Shown: in pieces, positions 52,950 to 62,767 of the stretch
How the letters are laid out: every line of letters starts with the position of its first letter
Numbering within the stretch: position 1 is the first letter of the stretch
Assembly (NCBI GenBank): GCA_030652805.1
Contig: JAUSPT010000100.1
Coordinates: 8,378-72,377 of the forward strand
Source of the DNA: a bacterium
GTDB lineage: Bacteria; JAHJDO01
DNA: 64,000 nt
Reading direction: 5' to 3'
The notes under the pieces: generated by a model
The model's database searches: none
The model's input: only the letters and a program-made list of their open reading frames with translations
Told to the model about the DNA's origin: nothing
Program-made: the position numbers and the translations under genes

Positions 52950-54043
52950 TTTCTTATTATCTCAAAGATTTTCTCTGTAGAATTGATATGAAGCCTGCCA
53001 AGTTTCCTGCTGCTCAAAGCCATTTGCTCCAGCTTGTATTCGTTTTTAATTAAATCTAGTATTCTTTCACTTAGTGTTACTACACAGAGGTTTTTTTCTT
53101 CTATGATTATTCCAGCTCCATTATCAGAGAGAAGTTTTCCGTTGTAAAATTGATGATTAGCTGCAGCATGAGGATAGGGGATTAAGATAGCAGGAATACC
53201 AAATAAACTAATTTCAGTAATTGTCATAGCTCCTGCCCTTGATATTACAAGATCAGAGATTGTGTAAATATCTCCGATATGTTCTGTAAAGGGCATTACC
53301 TTTACGTCTAAATCAGCTTTTTTATATTTGTCCAGAACTAGTTTGTAATCTTTTTCTCCTGTAATGTGTATTATGTGCCAGTGTTTAAGATGTTCTTTTA
53401 TATTGATGAATGTATCTTGAGAAACAATATTGATTTGATGTGCTCCCTGACTGCCTCCAAATACAAGGATTGTTTTCTTTTTTTTTGAAACCAAATTATG
53501 CCTTTTGTCAACGGCTTTTAAAATATCATTTCTTATAGGATTGCCAACTGCTACAATCCTTCTTTTGCAAGACAGATATTTTTTTGTCTCATCAAATGCC
53601 ACATCAACCTCTGTAGCTATATTTGCCAATAATTTATTTGTAGAGCCTGGAACAATATTCTGTTCATGAATTAAGGTAGGGATCCTCATCAGGTATGCAG
53701 CTATAACGGGGGAAATGCTCAGATAACTACCCATGCCGACAACTAGATCAGGCTTGAATTTTAATATAATAATAAAAGATTGGATTAAGCCCAGAAATGC
53801 TTCAGCAAAGCATGGAATAATACTGAATGGTTTGTTTCTATTCCATCCTATGCCAAAAATAGCAGCTGTTTGAAAACCAGTTTTTTTAATTTTATCTGAA
53901 GAACAGTGTCTTGAAATTAAGAATAATATCTCAGGATTTTTGACTCTTATCTTTATACAATCTGCAACTGCAAGTGCGGGATATAAATGCCCTCCTGTCG
54001 TTCCTGCGGCAAATATGATCTTTATACGCTTCATCATTCCCAT
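52940..54043 (-). CDS. murG: UDP-N-acetylglucosamine--N-acetylmuramyl-(pentapeptide) pyrophosphoryl-undecaprenol GlcNAc transferase
   Basis: AAGTTGGHLYPALAVAD N-terminal G-loop, GGSQGA, position after ftsW. Confidence 0.9.
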   Translation of the reverse strand: MGMMKRIKIIFAAGTTGGHLYPALAVADCIKIRVKNPEILFLISRHCSSDKIKKTGFQTAAIFGIGWNRNKPFSIIPCFAEAFLGLIQSFIIILKFKPDLVVGMGSYLSISPVIAAYLMRIPTLIHEQNIVPGSTNKLLANIATEVDVAFDETKKYLSCKRRIVAVGNPIRNDILKAVDKRHNLVSKKKKTILVFGGSQGAHQINIVSQDTFINIKEHLKHWHIIHITGEKDYKLVLDKYKKADLDVKVMPFTEHIGDIYTISDLVISRAGAMTITEISLFGIPAILIPYPHAAANHQFYNGKLLSDNGAGIIIEEKNLCVVTLSERILDLIKNEYKLEQMALSSRKLGRLHINSTEKIFEIIRNYI

Positions 54044-55116
54044 TCCTTACTGACATTAAGTAATAAGCCGATAGCAGTCATGTTAACAATTAGGGAAGAG
54101 CCGCCAAAACTAATAAAGGGAAGGGTTGTTCCCTTTGTCGGAAGAAGTCCTGTAACAACACCAATGTTTATTATAACCTGGTATGCAATCATTACAGTAA
54201 TCCCAATTGCTAGCAAGTGTCCGTATAAGTCAGGGGCGTGATATGCTATAATAATACCTCTCCATATTATGTATGTAAATGACAGAATTATTAGCAAAGT
54301 TCCTATGAATCCAAGTTCTTCGCCAATTATTGAAAATATAAAGTCTGTATGTGCCTCCGGCAGGTAGAATAATTTCTGAATCCCTTTGCCAAGTCCTTTT
54401 CCCCACCAGCCTCCTGATCCTAATGCATAAAAGGATTGGATGATTTGATATCCTTTTCCCAGAGGATCATCCCATGGATTAAGAAAAACCATTATCCTTT
54501 TCATACGATAAGGAAAGGTGCGAATTGCGATGTAGATAGCTGGTAAGGATGAGAGAAAGAAGATTGCCAGATGCTTCATATTAGCTCCTGATATGAACAT
54601 CATTGTCAAAACAATTCCTGCAATAAGCACACATGATCCAAGATCGTTTTTTATTATTAGAGCTAATACTAAACCCAATACCAGCATTTGAGGGAGAAAA
54701 CCTTTTATGAATTCTTTAATATTATGCTGTTTTCTGGTTAAGAAATTAGAGACATATATAATCATAACAAGTTTCGCAAGCTCTGAAGGCTGCATACTTA
54801 ACGGTCCGATTCTAATCCATCTTCTGGCTCCTCCTGCAGCTCTGCCAATGTAGGGAAAATACACAAGGATTAATAGAATAATTGTTAGAACTAAAAGAGG
54901 TTTTCCAAGTTTTTTAAGCATTTCGTAGCGGATATTCATACTTGTAAACATAAATATAAGCCCTATAAAAGCCATGATTAAATGGCGGGCAAGGAAATGA
55001 AAGGGATTATTGAATTTCAATATAGAAACCATAGCTGCTGTATTGAATACCATTATTATTCCAATACCAATCAGGATGAATATAACAGATAGCAATGCAA
55101 TATTCTGTTTATGCAT
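54034..55116 (-). CDS. ftsW: SEDS-family peptidoglycan glycosyltransferase FtsW
   Basis: SEDS blocks IGPLSMQPSELAKL, LPEAHTDFIF and PTKGTTLPFISFGGSS. Located between murD and murG. Confidence 0.85.
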   Translation of the reverse strand: MHKQNIALLSVIFILIGIGIIMVFNTAAMVSILKFNNPFHFLARHLIMAFIGLIFMFTSMNIRYEMLKKLGKPLLVLTIILLILVYFPYIGRAAGGARRWIRIGPLSMQPSELAKLVMIIYVSNFLTRKQHNIKEFIKGFLPQMLVLGLVLALIIKNDLGSCVLIAGIVLTMMFISGANMKHLAIFFLSSLPAIYIAIRTFPYRMKRIMVFLNPWDDPLGKGYQIIQSFYALGSGGWWGKGLGKGIQKLFYLPEAHTDFIFSIIGEELGFIGTLLIILSFTYIIWRGIIIAYHAPDLYGHLLAIGITVMIAYQVIINIGVVTGLLPTKGTTLPFISFGGSSLIVNMTAIGLLLNVSKEWE

Positions 55117-56473
55117 GCTCGATTCTTGATTTTAGCGTATTAACAGCATTTTTGAAGAGATTGCCTCGTTCTATGTAGTTTTGAAACATATCAAAACTGC
55201 TGCATGCAGGGGAAAGTAAGATTGTATCATTTTGGACAGCTAATGAAAAAGCTTCCTCTACTGCGTCATCCATTGAATAAACGTATGTTAGGGGAACCAG
55301 TTCTCCAATGTCCTTTTTTATTATATCTTTAGCTTCACCAATTAGAATAAGATGTTTGACTTTATTTCTGATAGCTTGTTCCAAATAGGTGTAGCTGCTC
55401 CCCTTATGTTTACCTCCCATAATAAGAATAATTGGAGAGAGGGTATTTTCAATTGCTGTTTTAGTAGCGTCGACATTTGTGGCCTTGGAGTCATTAATAA
55501 ATGCAACATTATTTATCTTATTAACAAATTCTGTTTTATGAGGCAATCCAATGAACTTAGCTAAAGTGGTTTTCATTATTCTCGGATCAATTTTGAATAT
55601 AGATGCTACACATATAGCCGCAAGCATATTTTCCAGATTGTGTGTGCTTTTTATCCTTAATTCATTAAGTCTGCATATCTCCTTCTCCTCCGCATCAGGC
55701 CTCATTGAGATTTTTTCATCTTTAACAAAAGCGTTACATGTTTGAATTTTTCTACTAAAAAACAAAGTATGTGCCTTTATTGTATTCTCAAATTTTCTCA
55801 CTATAGGATCATCATAGTTTAGAATAGTGAAGTTCCTGGCAGTTTGGTTCTTGAAAATCATTGATTTTGCATGTATGTAATTCGTCATGTTTTTGTATCT
55901 GTCAAGATGGTCAGGTGTAATATTTAAAACTAAAGAAATAAAGGGACAAAATTTGTGAATAGTTTCCAGTTGGAAGCTGCTGATTTCAGCAACAATGATG
56001 TCGGATTTTGATAAGGATTCAACCTTTTCAGATAGGGCAGTTCCTATATTCCCAGCGACAATGGCATTGTAGCCTGCTTCTTTAAGCATATTCTTTATAA
56101 GGATAGTTGTTGTTGTTTTTCCGTTTGTACCCGTTATGGCAATGATTTTCGCAAGAGAGAACCACGATGCAAACTCTATTTCACTCACTATTTCAATATT
56201 CTCTTCCTTTGCCTTGCGAAGAATGGGAATATCCGGAGAAATACCAGGGCTTAGTATTATAAGATGCTTATTTTTGTAAACATTATCTGAATGCCTGCCT
56301 ATTTCTACTTCAATGCCTATGCTAGTAAGAATATCTTTGTTTTTTTTAATATCCTCAGATGCAGAACTGTCACTCACAAAAACGGTCGCACCCATTTTTC
56401 TAGCCAGTTTTGCAGCAGCAATACCGCTTTTTCCAAGGCCGAGAACAGTAATGGATTTATTTTTTATGTTCAC
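55109..56473 (-). CDS. murD: UDP-N-acetylmuramoylalanine--D-glutamate ligase
   Basis: GLGKSGIAAAKL and GTNGKTTT P-loop, 454 aa. Confidence 0.9.
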   Translation of the reverse strand: MNIKNKSITVLGLGKSGIAAAKLARKMGATVFVSDSSASEDIKKNKDILTSIGIEVEIGRHSDNVYKNKHLIILSPGISPDIPILRKAKEENIEIVSEIEFASWFSLAKIIAITGTNGKTTTTILIKNMLKEAGYNAIVAGNIGTALSEKVESLSKSDIIVAEISSFQLETIHKFCPFISLVLNITPDHLDRYKNMTNYIHAKSMIFKNQTARNFTILNYDDPIVRKFENTIKAHTLFFSRKIQTCNAFVKDEKISMRPDAEEKEICRLNELRIKSTHNLENMLAAICVASIFKIDPRIMKTTLAKFIGLPHKTEFVNKINNVAFINDSKATNVDATKTAIENTLSPIILIMGGKHKGSSYTYLEQAIRNKVKHLILIGEAKDIIKKDIGELVPLTYVYSMDDAVEEAFSLAVQNDTILLSPACSSFDMFQNYIERGNLFKNAVNTLKSRIEHA

Positions 56474-56503
56474 AGCCTTTTTTTATCTCATTTTCAATTC
56501 GGA

Positions 56504-56698
56504 TTAGTTTCTTTGAAATATCATTAATTCTATATTCAGAAGCACGATAATTGCAGTAATAAAGGATATATTCAGAATCCTATCCTGCCTTGCTGAAGTC
56601 TTTGCGCCAATTGCGCCGATAATATTTTTAATTTTCTCTTTTTCTTTACGGAATTGTTCCAGCTCTTCCTGTAGTTCTTTAACTCCGGGTCTGGTCAT
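56504..56698 (-). CDS. small membrane protein (N-terminal coiled coil, C-terminal TM helix)
   Basis: 64 aa. KELQEELEQFRKEKEKIK, then ILNISFITAIIVLLNIELMIF. Whether it codes for protein is not proven. Confidence 0.35.
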   Translation of the reverse strand: MTRPGVKELQEELEQFRKEKEKIKNIIGAIGAKTSARQDRILNISFITAIIVLLNIELMIFQRN

Positions 56699-56719
56699 GT
56701 CAGTTTCCTTTGTTTTTCA

Positions 56720-57163
56720 TTATGGCTTTAGCAGTTCAAATCCTGTAACTGGATCTAAAACGCGCATGGCTGTTGTATCAAGCAATTCAAATAAGATAAT
56801 TTCCAGTACATGCCATGTCTTTACACCTTTGCGAATGCATCCGGTTACTGTTTGGGATTTTCTTCCGCAGGCTATATGCATATGCAAAATAGGTTTGCCT
56901 TTTTCATCAGGGAAAACAGTCCCAGTTCCTGCTATCTCATTCACATTATCAAGAATATGCTCCATAGGGACGATCAGCTTTTTACGTCCGTGTTCGGGAC
57001 CAACTACAAGCTTGCTGTTCTTATCGGCTCCTCCGAGGATGATTAAGGCTGCGGCTTTAATGGACTTTTCGCGAGAAAATTTTTCAATCTCCTCATGGAT
57101 AACATCTCCGTCCTCAAGACGAATAACAAATATTCTTCCTTGTTTGGCTTGTGAATATTTCAT
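56720..57163 (-). CDS. PPC/DUF296 domain DNA-binding protein
   Basis: GRIFVIRLEDGDVIHEEIEKF...AAALIILGG...HMHIACG pattern of DUF296. 147 aa. Confidence 0.7.
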   Translation of the reverse strand: MKYSQAKQGRIFVIRLEDGDVIHEEIEKFSREKSIKAAALIILGGADKNSKLVVGPEHGRKKLIVPMEHILDNVNEIAGTGTVFPDEKGKPILHMHIACGRKSQTVTGCIRKGVKTWHVLEIILFELLDTTAMRVLDPVTGFELLKP

Positions 57164-57173
57164 TAGATTTTTT

Positions 57174-58340
57174 TTACTTCAGCGCATTCTTAATTCTTTG
57201 CATAGCTTCTCGAAGCCGCTTGTCAGATACTGTCAAGGAAATTCTTATGTAGCCTTCACCGTGCTTTCCATAAGAGGAGCCTGCAGCAACAACAACCGAA
57301 GCCTTCTCAAAAAGCATTGTGGCAAAATCAATTGAACTTTCTCCATGAAGTGTGGGTATCCATAAGTAAAACGTCCCATCAGGAGGGGTGTAAATCCAGC
57401 CTATTGAATTTAAAGTGTTAACAACAAATCTACGTCTTTTTTCGTAGATATCCAATATTTTATCTATGTTTTGTGTTTCACTTTCCAATGCCTTTATTCC
57501 TGCGTATTGAATAGCATTAAAAACACCTGAATCCACATTTTCTTTAACCTTTGATATTGCTGCTATTATATCCGGATTTCCCATAGCCATACCTATACGC
57601 CAACCTGTCATATTGTATGGCTTTGATAGAGAGTTAAGCTCAATTCCGACATCCTTAGCGCCTTCAACAGAAAGAAAACTGAGTCTTTCCTGTTTATTAA
57701 ACACAATCTCGCTGTATGGATTGTCATGGCATATTGCAATGTCATAGGCCTTTGCGAATTCTACTAATTCAGCAAAGAATTTTTTGCTGGCAACTGCTCC
57801 TGTAGGGTTATTTGGGTAGTTAAGATAAAAAGCCTTTGCCTTTCTTGCAACATCAGAGGATATATCTGAAAGAACCGGAAGAAAATTATTTTGTTCCAGT
57901 ATTGGGATGTTATAAGGTTTTGCTCCAGCCAGAAAGATATTGGCTCTATAGGCAGGATATCCTGGGTCTGTCATGAGCACAGTATCCTGTGGATCTACAA
58001 TAGCCATAGCAAAATGATGCACACCTTCCTTTGAGCCTATTAAAGCTATAATTTCTGTGGCAGGGTCAAGCTTAACTTCGTATCTTTCTCCATACCATTC
58101 AGTTACAAACTCTCTGAATTTAAGCATCCCCTTTTCCTCATCTGTGGGATATTGGTGATTTTCCTGGTTATAGGCAGTTTTGCACAGTTCATCAATTATG
58201 GATTTGGGAGTTGCCTCAACAGGGTCCCCAATTGCAAGACTTATAACATCTATTCCATCAGCCTTTGCCTTTGCAATCTTATTGCGCAGTTCCATAAATA
58301 GATATGGAGAAATATTGTCTAATCTTTTAGCTGTTTTCAT
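57174..58340 (-). CDS. dapL: LL-diaminopimelate aminotransferase (class I aminotransferase)
   Basis: RLDNISPYLFMELRNKIAKAKADGIDVISLAIGDP, NYPNNPTG and SLSKPYNMTGWRIG (PLP lysine). Adjacent to dapF. Confidence 0.75.
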   Translation of the reverse strand: MKTAKRLDNISPYLFMELRNKIAKAKADGIDVISLAIGDPVEATPKSIIDELCKTAYNQENHQYPTDEEKGMLKFREFVTEWYGERYEVKLDPATEIIALIGSKEGVHHFAMAIVDPQDTVLMTDPGYPAYRANIFLAGAKPYNIPILEQNNFLPVLSDISSDVARKAKAFYLNYPNNPTGAVASKKFFAELVEFAKAYDIAICHDNPYSEIVFNKQERLSFLSVEGAKDVGIELNSLSKPYNMTGWRIGMAMGNPDIIAAISKVKENVDSGVFNAIQYAGIKALESETQNIDKILDIYEKRRRFVVNTLNSIGWIYTPPDGTFYLWIPTLHGESSIDFATMLFEKASVVVAAGSSYGKHGEGYIRISLTVSDKRLREAMQRIKNALK

Positions 58341-59145
58341 AAACTAGTTCTCCCTTGTATATTATTTGAGCATCTCCTTCCAAAAAAACATCTAAAAAAA
58401 CACCTTTATTATAATACAGATTAACCTTTAAGCTGCCGCCTTTAACTTTAATGGAGATAGGCATTCTATTCACCTTGCCAAGTGCGTAGGAAATCGCTCC
58501 AGATGCAACTGCGCCTGTTCCGCAAGCATAGGTTTCTCCTTCAACGCCCCTTTCATAGGTTCTCATATTTAAAGAATCATCATTATTAATAGAGACAAAG
58601 TCAACATTTGTGCCCCTTGGAGAGAAATGCTTATGATAGCGTATAAGAGAACCTATGGTCATAACGTCAACATTCTCAATATTATCAAAGTACAAAATTG
58701 CATGAGGCACGCCGGTATCTATGTAATGAACAGTTTGTCTCTCCCCATTAACCTCAAGCTGTATATTAAGCTTCATATCACAGGGATTACTCATTCTTAA
58801 ACGGATATTGTTGTTAGCAGCTTCTGCCTCAATTATTCCCGCAATTGTTTCAAAGCGTGTTCTTTTGGGAACTATTTTCAGTTGCTGCGCAAATCTGACA
58901 ACACATCGTGCGCCATTACCGCACATTTCAGCCTCAGTGCCGTCAGCGTTTATTATCCGCATTTTGAAATCAGCCTTTTCAGGATTTTCTAAAAGCAAAA
59001 CCCCATCTGCACCGATTCCAAACCGTCTTGAGCAAACATGTTTTGAAAAAGCATGCACATCTTCAATAATTTTATCTCGATTATCAATCACAATAAAATC
59101 ATTGCCTGTTGCACACATTTTAGCAAATTTAATAATATTCATCAC
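58327..59145 (-). CDS. dapF: diaminopimelate epimerase
   Basis: KMCATGNDFIVID, and the catalytic Cys pair in MCGNGARC and ACGTGAVA. Confidence 0.9.
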   Translation of the reverse strand: MMNIIKFAKMCATGNDFIVIDNRDKIIEDVHAFSKHVCSRRFGIGADGVLLLENPEKADFKMRIINADGTEAEMCGNGARCVVRFAQQLKIVPKRTRFETIAGIIEAEAANNNIRLRMSNPCDMKLNIQLEVNGERQTVHYIDTGVPHAILYFDNIENVDVMTIGSLIRYHKHFSPRGTNVDFVSINNDDSLNMRTYERGVEGETYACGTGAVASGAISYALGKVNRMPISIKVKGGSLKVNLYYNKGVFLDVFLEGDAQIIYKGELVYENS

Positions 59146-59261
59146 GCTCCTGTTTAATACTTTTGAATCTACCTTTCTTTATATCAAAAAATCTTATTAA
59201 ACACAATTTCTTTCCACTTTTCTTGACAGTACTGTCAGCAGTGTGCTAGTTTACTGCTATT

Positions 59262-59972
59262 ATGAAAATCAGGTTGCAGAAGGTTCTCGCAGATGCTGGT
59301 GTTGCATCAAGAAGGGCATGTGATAAACTGATTGATGAAGGGCTTGTAAAGGTAAATAATCAGATTGTTACAACTCCAGGTCTAAGGGTTAGTCCGGAAA
59401 AGGATAGAATTACTTATAAGGGAAAATCTCTTAAACCAGAGAAAAAATTCTATGTTATTGTAAATAAGCCTAAAGGGTATGTTTGTACCAACTGTGATGA
59501 AAAAGGAAGGCGAAGGACAATAGATATTGTCAAAGATATACCTGCAAGGCTTTATACAGTTGGCAGGCTTGACTGGGATGTAGAGGGATTGATAATCCTG
59601 ACAAATGACGGAGATTTTGCATATAAGCTGACGCATCCGAAACATCATGTTCCAAAAACATATGTTGTAAAGATCAAAGGCGCTATAGAATCAAAACATG
59701 TTGCAAAGATTTTTTCAGGTATTTATGTAGATGGAAGAAGAACACAACCTGCAAAAGCAGAAATATTAAAAACTTCCAGGCAGATATCACATGTAAGGCT
59801 CACATTATTTGAAGGCAAGAAAAGAGAAATAAAACGTATGTTCTTTCAGCTGGGATATAGAGTTTATCATATTAAGAGAATTTCTATAAACGGACTTAAG
59901 CTTGGAAATCTACAGTCTGGAAGATATAGAAATTTAAGAGATTATGAGATAAAAAGACTTATGCGCCTGTAG
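59262..59972 (+). CDS. rluB: S4-domain pseudouridine synthase (RluB/RsuA family)
   Basis: S4 N-terminus RLQKVLADAGVASRRACDKLI and catalytic GRLDWDVEGLIILTNDG. Confidence 0.85.
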   Translation: MKIRLQKVLADAGVASRRACDKLIDEGLVKVNNQIVTTPGLRVSPEKDRITYKGKSLKPEKKFYVIVNKPKGYVCTNCDEKGRRRTIDIVKDIPARLYTVGRLDWDVEGLIILTNDGDFAYKLTHPKHHVPKTYVVKIKGAIESKHVAKIFSGIYVDGRRTQPAKAEILKTSRQISHVRLTLFEGKKREIKRMFFQLGYRVYHIKRISINGLKLGNLQSGRYRNLRDYEIKRLMRL

Positions 59973-60036
59973 TTCAGCTGGATAGAACGACAGATTCCGG
60001 ATCTGTAGGTCGGGGGTTCGAATCCCTTCAGGCGTA
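59963..60036 (+). tRNA. tRNA-Arg (anticodon CCG)
   Basis: Hand-folded. Starts GCGCCTGTAGTTCAGCTGGATAGAAC, anticodon stem ACAGA/TCTGT with loop TTCCGGA, T-loop TTCGAAT, G1-U72 wobble. The first 10 nt overlap the rluB 3' end. Confidence 0.8.
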
Positions 60037-60069
60037 CTATATTAATAAAAATCAGAAAGGAGTATTGTT

Positions 60070-60975
60070 ATGAAAATTGAGAAAGCCGTTATTCCGGTTG
60101 CAGGATTGGGAACAAGACTTCTTCCCGCTACAAAATCGCAGCCTAAAGAGATGCTGCCTGTGGGCAGAAAACCTGTTGTGCAGTATGTTGTGGAAGAGAT
60201 AATTAATGCTGATATTCCTCAAATACTTTTTGTTACAGGCAGAAAGAAAACAGCTATTGAAGACCATTTTGACCCGGATCCTGAACTTATAAAAAAACTT
60301 AAGGAATCAGGCAAATTCAGTCTTTTGAAGGATCTTGAATATGAGAAGGATGTGTCTGATTTTTACTACATTCGCCAGAGTGTACAGGCAGGGCTCGCAG
60401 ACGCAATAAGATTGGGCAGAAATTTTGTTGGTCAGGAGCCTTTTATTGTTGCGCTGGGTGATTCTATAATAAGAAGTTCTGATAATAGTAATTTACTAAA
60501 AAGAATGATTGATGTTCACCTTAAAACAAATTCTGCGTGCACGATTGCTGTTGAAGAAGTTCCAGATAATGAGGTGTATAAGTATGGGATTATTGAGTCT
60601 AAGGACAAGAAAACCAGTCATACAGGCGAGGTTAAAGATTTGATTGAAAAGCCGGAAATCAGCAGGGCAAAAAGCAATCTTGCAATAGCAGCAAGATATG
60701 TGTTCAATCCTGTTGTGTTTGACTTTATTGATAAGACAATGCCTGACGATGGGGGAGAGCTTCAAATTACTGACTCAATCAGGCTAATAATTAAGAATGG
60801 ACACAAGGTTAGCTATGTAAAACTTGATGAGGGAGAAAAAAGATACGATATAGGTAATTTTGAGAGCTACTTCAAGGCATTTATAGATTTTGCATTATTA
60901 GATGATAAATATGGATATCTTCTTAGACAGCATTTAATTAAAAAAATGCATACGGGTGAGCTTCAACATGATTAA
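60070..60975 (+). CDS. galU: UTP--glucose-1-phosphate uridylyltransferase
   Basis: KAVIPVAGLGTRLLPATKSQPKEMLPV and VALGDSI. Confidence 0.85.
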   Translation: MKIEKAVIPVAGLGTRLLPATKSQPKEMLPVGRKPVVQYVVEEIINADIPQILFVTGRKKTAIEDHFDPDPELIKKLKESGKFSLLKDLEYEKDVSDFYYIRQSVQAGLADAIRLGRNFVGQEPFIVALGDSIIRSSDNSNLLKRMIDVHLKTNSACTIAVEEVPDNEVYKYGIIESKDKKTSHTGEVKDLIEKPEISRAKSNLAIAARYVFNPVVFDFIDKTMPDDGGELQITDSIRLIIKNGHKVSYVKLDEGEKRYDIGNFESYFKAFIDFALLDDKYGYLLRQHLIKKMHTGELQHD

Positions 60976-61960
60976 AGCTTCTGCTCCTGGTAGAGCAGGT
61001 ATTATAGGAAATCCCACAGACGGTTATGGCGGTAGTGTTATATCATGCTCTATTGCAGAGCAGGCATATGTTACTATTGAGAAATGCGACAAACTAGTTC
61101 TTGAAATAGGGAATGAAAAGTTCGTAACAGACGGCAAAGTGGAATTTAATATTAAAAGTGAGCATTTCCTGATACCAGAAGCTATACTTAATTACTTAAA
61201 TATTTGGGAAATCAAGATGCATCTGAAAGCATGGAGCGATGTTCCTTTTCAGGCTGGTCTTGCCGGCTCTACTGCAATGCTTGTTGCATCATTGAATGCT
61301 ATTCTGAAATTCCTGAATACAAGCACTGATTGCGAAGATAAATATCATATGGCTGAAATGGCAAGAACTATTGAATTGAATTATATGAAAATTCAATGCG
61401 GATATCAGGATCAATATATGGCAACATTCGGAGGTCTTAATTATATTGATTTTCGGGATAAAGAGCATTATAGACAATTAAAGCATGAGGTTTATGCTAC
61501 AGTGGAGCCGCTTCATTTTTATGTTAAAGAGCTCCCATTTGTGCTTGCGCATACCGGAGTTAGAAGAGTATCGGGTTCTGTTCTTAAGCCAATACGCGAC
61601 AGATGGATGGACGGTGATATGAAGGTTATATCAGCATATGAAAAGATTGCACATATTTGCAGGCAAGGGAAAAAGGCACTACTTAATAAAGACTGGGTCA
61701 AGTTAGGTAATCTTATGAATCAGAATCATAGAATACAGCAGGATATTGGAGCATCAGGCAAAGAGAACGACCGTTTAATTGAGATAGCTCTGAAAAATGG
61801 TGCTTTAGGAGCAAAGCTTGCCGGCGCTGGAGGAGGAGGAACAATAATTGCATTACATCCAAAACCTGATAAAATGGTCAAAGAACTTAAACGTGCTGGG
61901 GCAGATAGAATTCTTTTTTTGGACCCCAGTAAAAAAGCGGGAGTAGTAGATACAGAATAA
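60968..61960 (+). CDS. GHMP-family sugar kinase
   Basis: MIKASAPGRAGIIGNPTD, GHMP motif PFQAGLAGSTAM, and GAKLAGAGGGGT. I chose the ATG at 60968. Confidence 0.7.
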   Translation: MIKASAPGRAGIIGNPTDGYGGSVISCSIAEQAYVTIEKCDKLVLEIGNEKFVTDGKVEFNIKSEHFLIPEAILNYLNIWEIKMHLKAWSDVPFQAGLAGSTAMLVASLNAILKFLNTSTDCEDKYHMAEMARTIELNYMKIQCGYQDQYMATFGGLNYIDFRDKEHYRQLKHEVYATVEPLHFYVKELPFVLAHTGVRRVSGSVLKPIRDRWMDGDMKVISAYEKIAHICRQGKKALLNKDWVKLGNLMNQNHRIQQDIGASGKENDRLIEIALKNGALGAKLAGAGGGGTIIALHPKPDKMVKELKRAGADRILFLDPSKKAGVVDTE

Positions 61961-61977
61961 GGGAGGAGGTGATAAGA

Positions 61978-62082
61978 ATGGCGCATGAAAAAAACAAAGG
62001 ACAAAAGAAGGATAAGAAAGAGGCTAAGCTCTCATTAAAGGAAAAGAGAAAGCAGAAGAAGCAGAAGAAGAATGAAAGTTGA
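61978..62082 (+). CDS. 34-codon lysine-rich small ORF overlapping the larB start (not in the ORF track)
   Basis: SD GGGAGGAGG lies 7 nt before the ATG. The ORF reads MAHEKNKGQKKDKKEAKLSLKEKRKQKKQKKNES. Its stop TGA lies 8 nt inside larB. Confidence 0.3.
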   Translation: MAHEKNKGQKKDKKEAKLSLKEKRKQKKQKKNES

Positions 62083-62767
62083 TAAGAAATCCACAGAAAA
62101 AATTTGCGGCTTTCAATATCATGAACTTGGTTTTGCGAAAGTAGATACACATAGAAGTCTTCGCATGGGAACTGATGAGGTTATTTTCTGTATTGGGAAA
62201 ACTCTCTCTCAGATAGTAAAGATTGCGCAAGTTATTTTGGAAAGCAATAATAGGCTCATTGCTACAAAGGCGAATCGCGAAGTTTTTAAGGCAATAAAGT
62301 CGAGATGGAGTAAGGCAGTATTTCATGAGAAAGCCTCTATAATTACAGTTAATAAATTCCCTAAGAAGAAGACAAATAAGAATATTCTTATACTTACAGC
62401 TGGTACCGCTGATATCCCTGTTGCAGAGGAGGCCTCAGTTACTGCGGAATTTCTTGGAAATAATGTAAAAAAGATCTATGACGTTGGTGTTGCAGGAATA
62501 CACAGGCTGTTTAAGAATCTAGGGGAAATTCAGTCTGCAAACGTTATTATTGTAGTTGCCGGAATGGAGGGAGCTCTTGCCAGCGTTGTGGGAGGCATTA
62601 CTCCAAAACCTGTTATTGGGGTGCCGACAAGTGTTGGATATGGTGCTAGTTTTTCTGGCATTACACCTCTTCTTACAATGCTCAATAGCTGTGCTGAAGG
62701 TGTTGTAGTTGTAAATATAGATAACGGGTTTGGTGCTGGTTATTTTGCAAGTCTTATAAATAAATAA
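62072..62767 (+). CDS. larB: nickel-pincer cofactor biosynthesis protein LarB (PurE-like carboxylase/hydrolase)
   Basis: ILILTAGTADIPVAEEA, IIVVAGMEGALASVVGG and PVIGVPTSVGYG. Confidence 0.8.
   Translation: MKVDKKSTEKICGFQYHELGFAKVDTHRSLRMGTDEVIFCIGKTLSQIVKIAQVILESNNRLIATKANREVFKAIKSRWSKAVFHEKASIITVNKFPKKKTNKNILILTAGTADIPVAEEASVTAEFLGNNVKKIYDVGVAGIHRLFKNLGEIQSANVIIVVAGMEGALASVVGGITPKPVIGVPTSVGYGASFSGITPLLTMLNSCAEGVVVVNIDNGFGAGYFASLINK

Noticed and set aside
59963-59972. The tRNA-Arg 5' end overlaps the last codons and stop of rluB.
   Set aside because: The overlap is only 10 nt. It is probably incidental, with the stop codon falling inside the acceptor/D-arm region, and I see no evidence of functional coupling.
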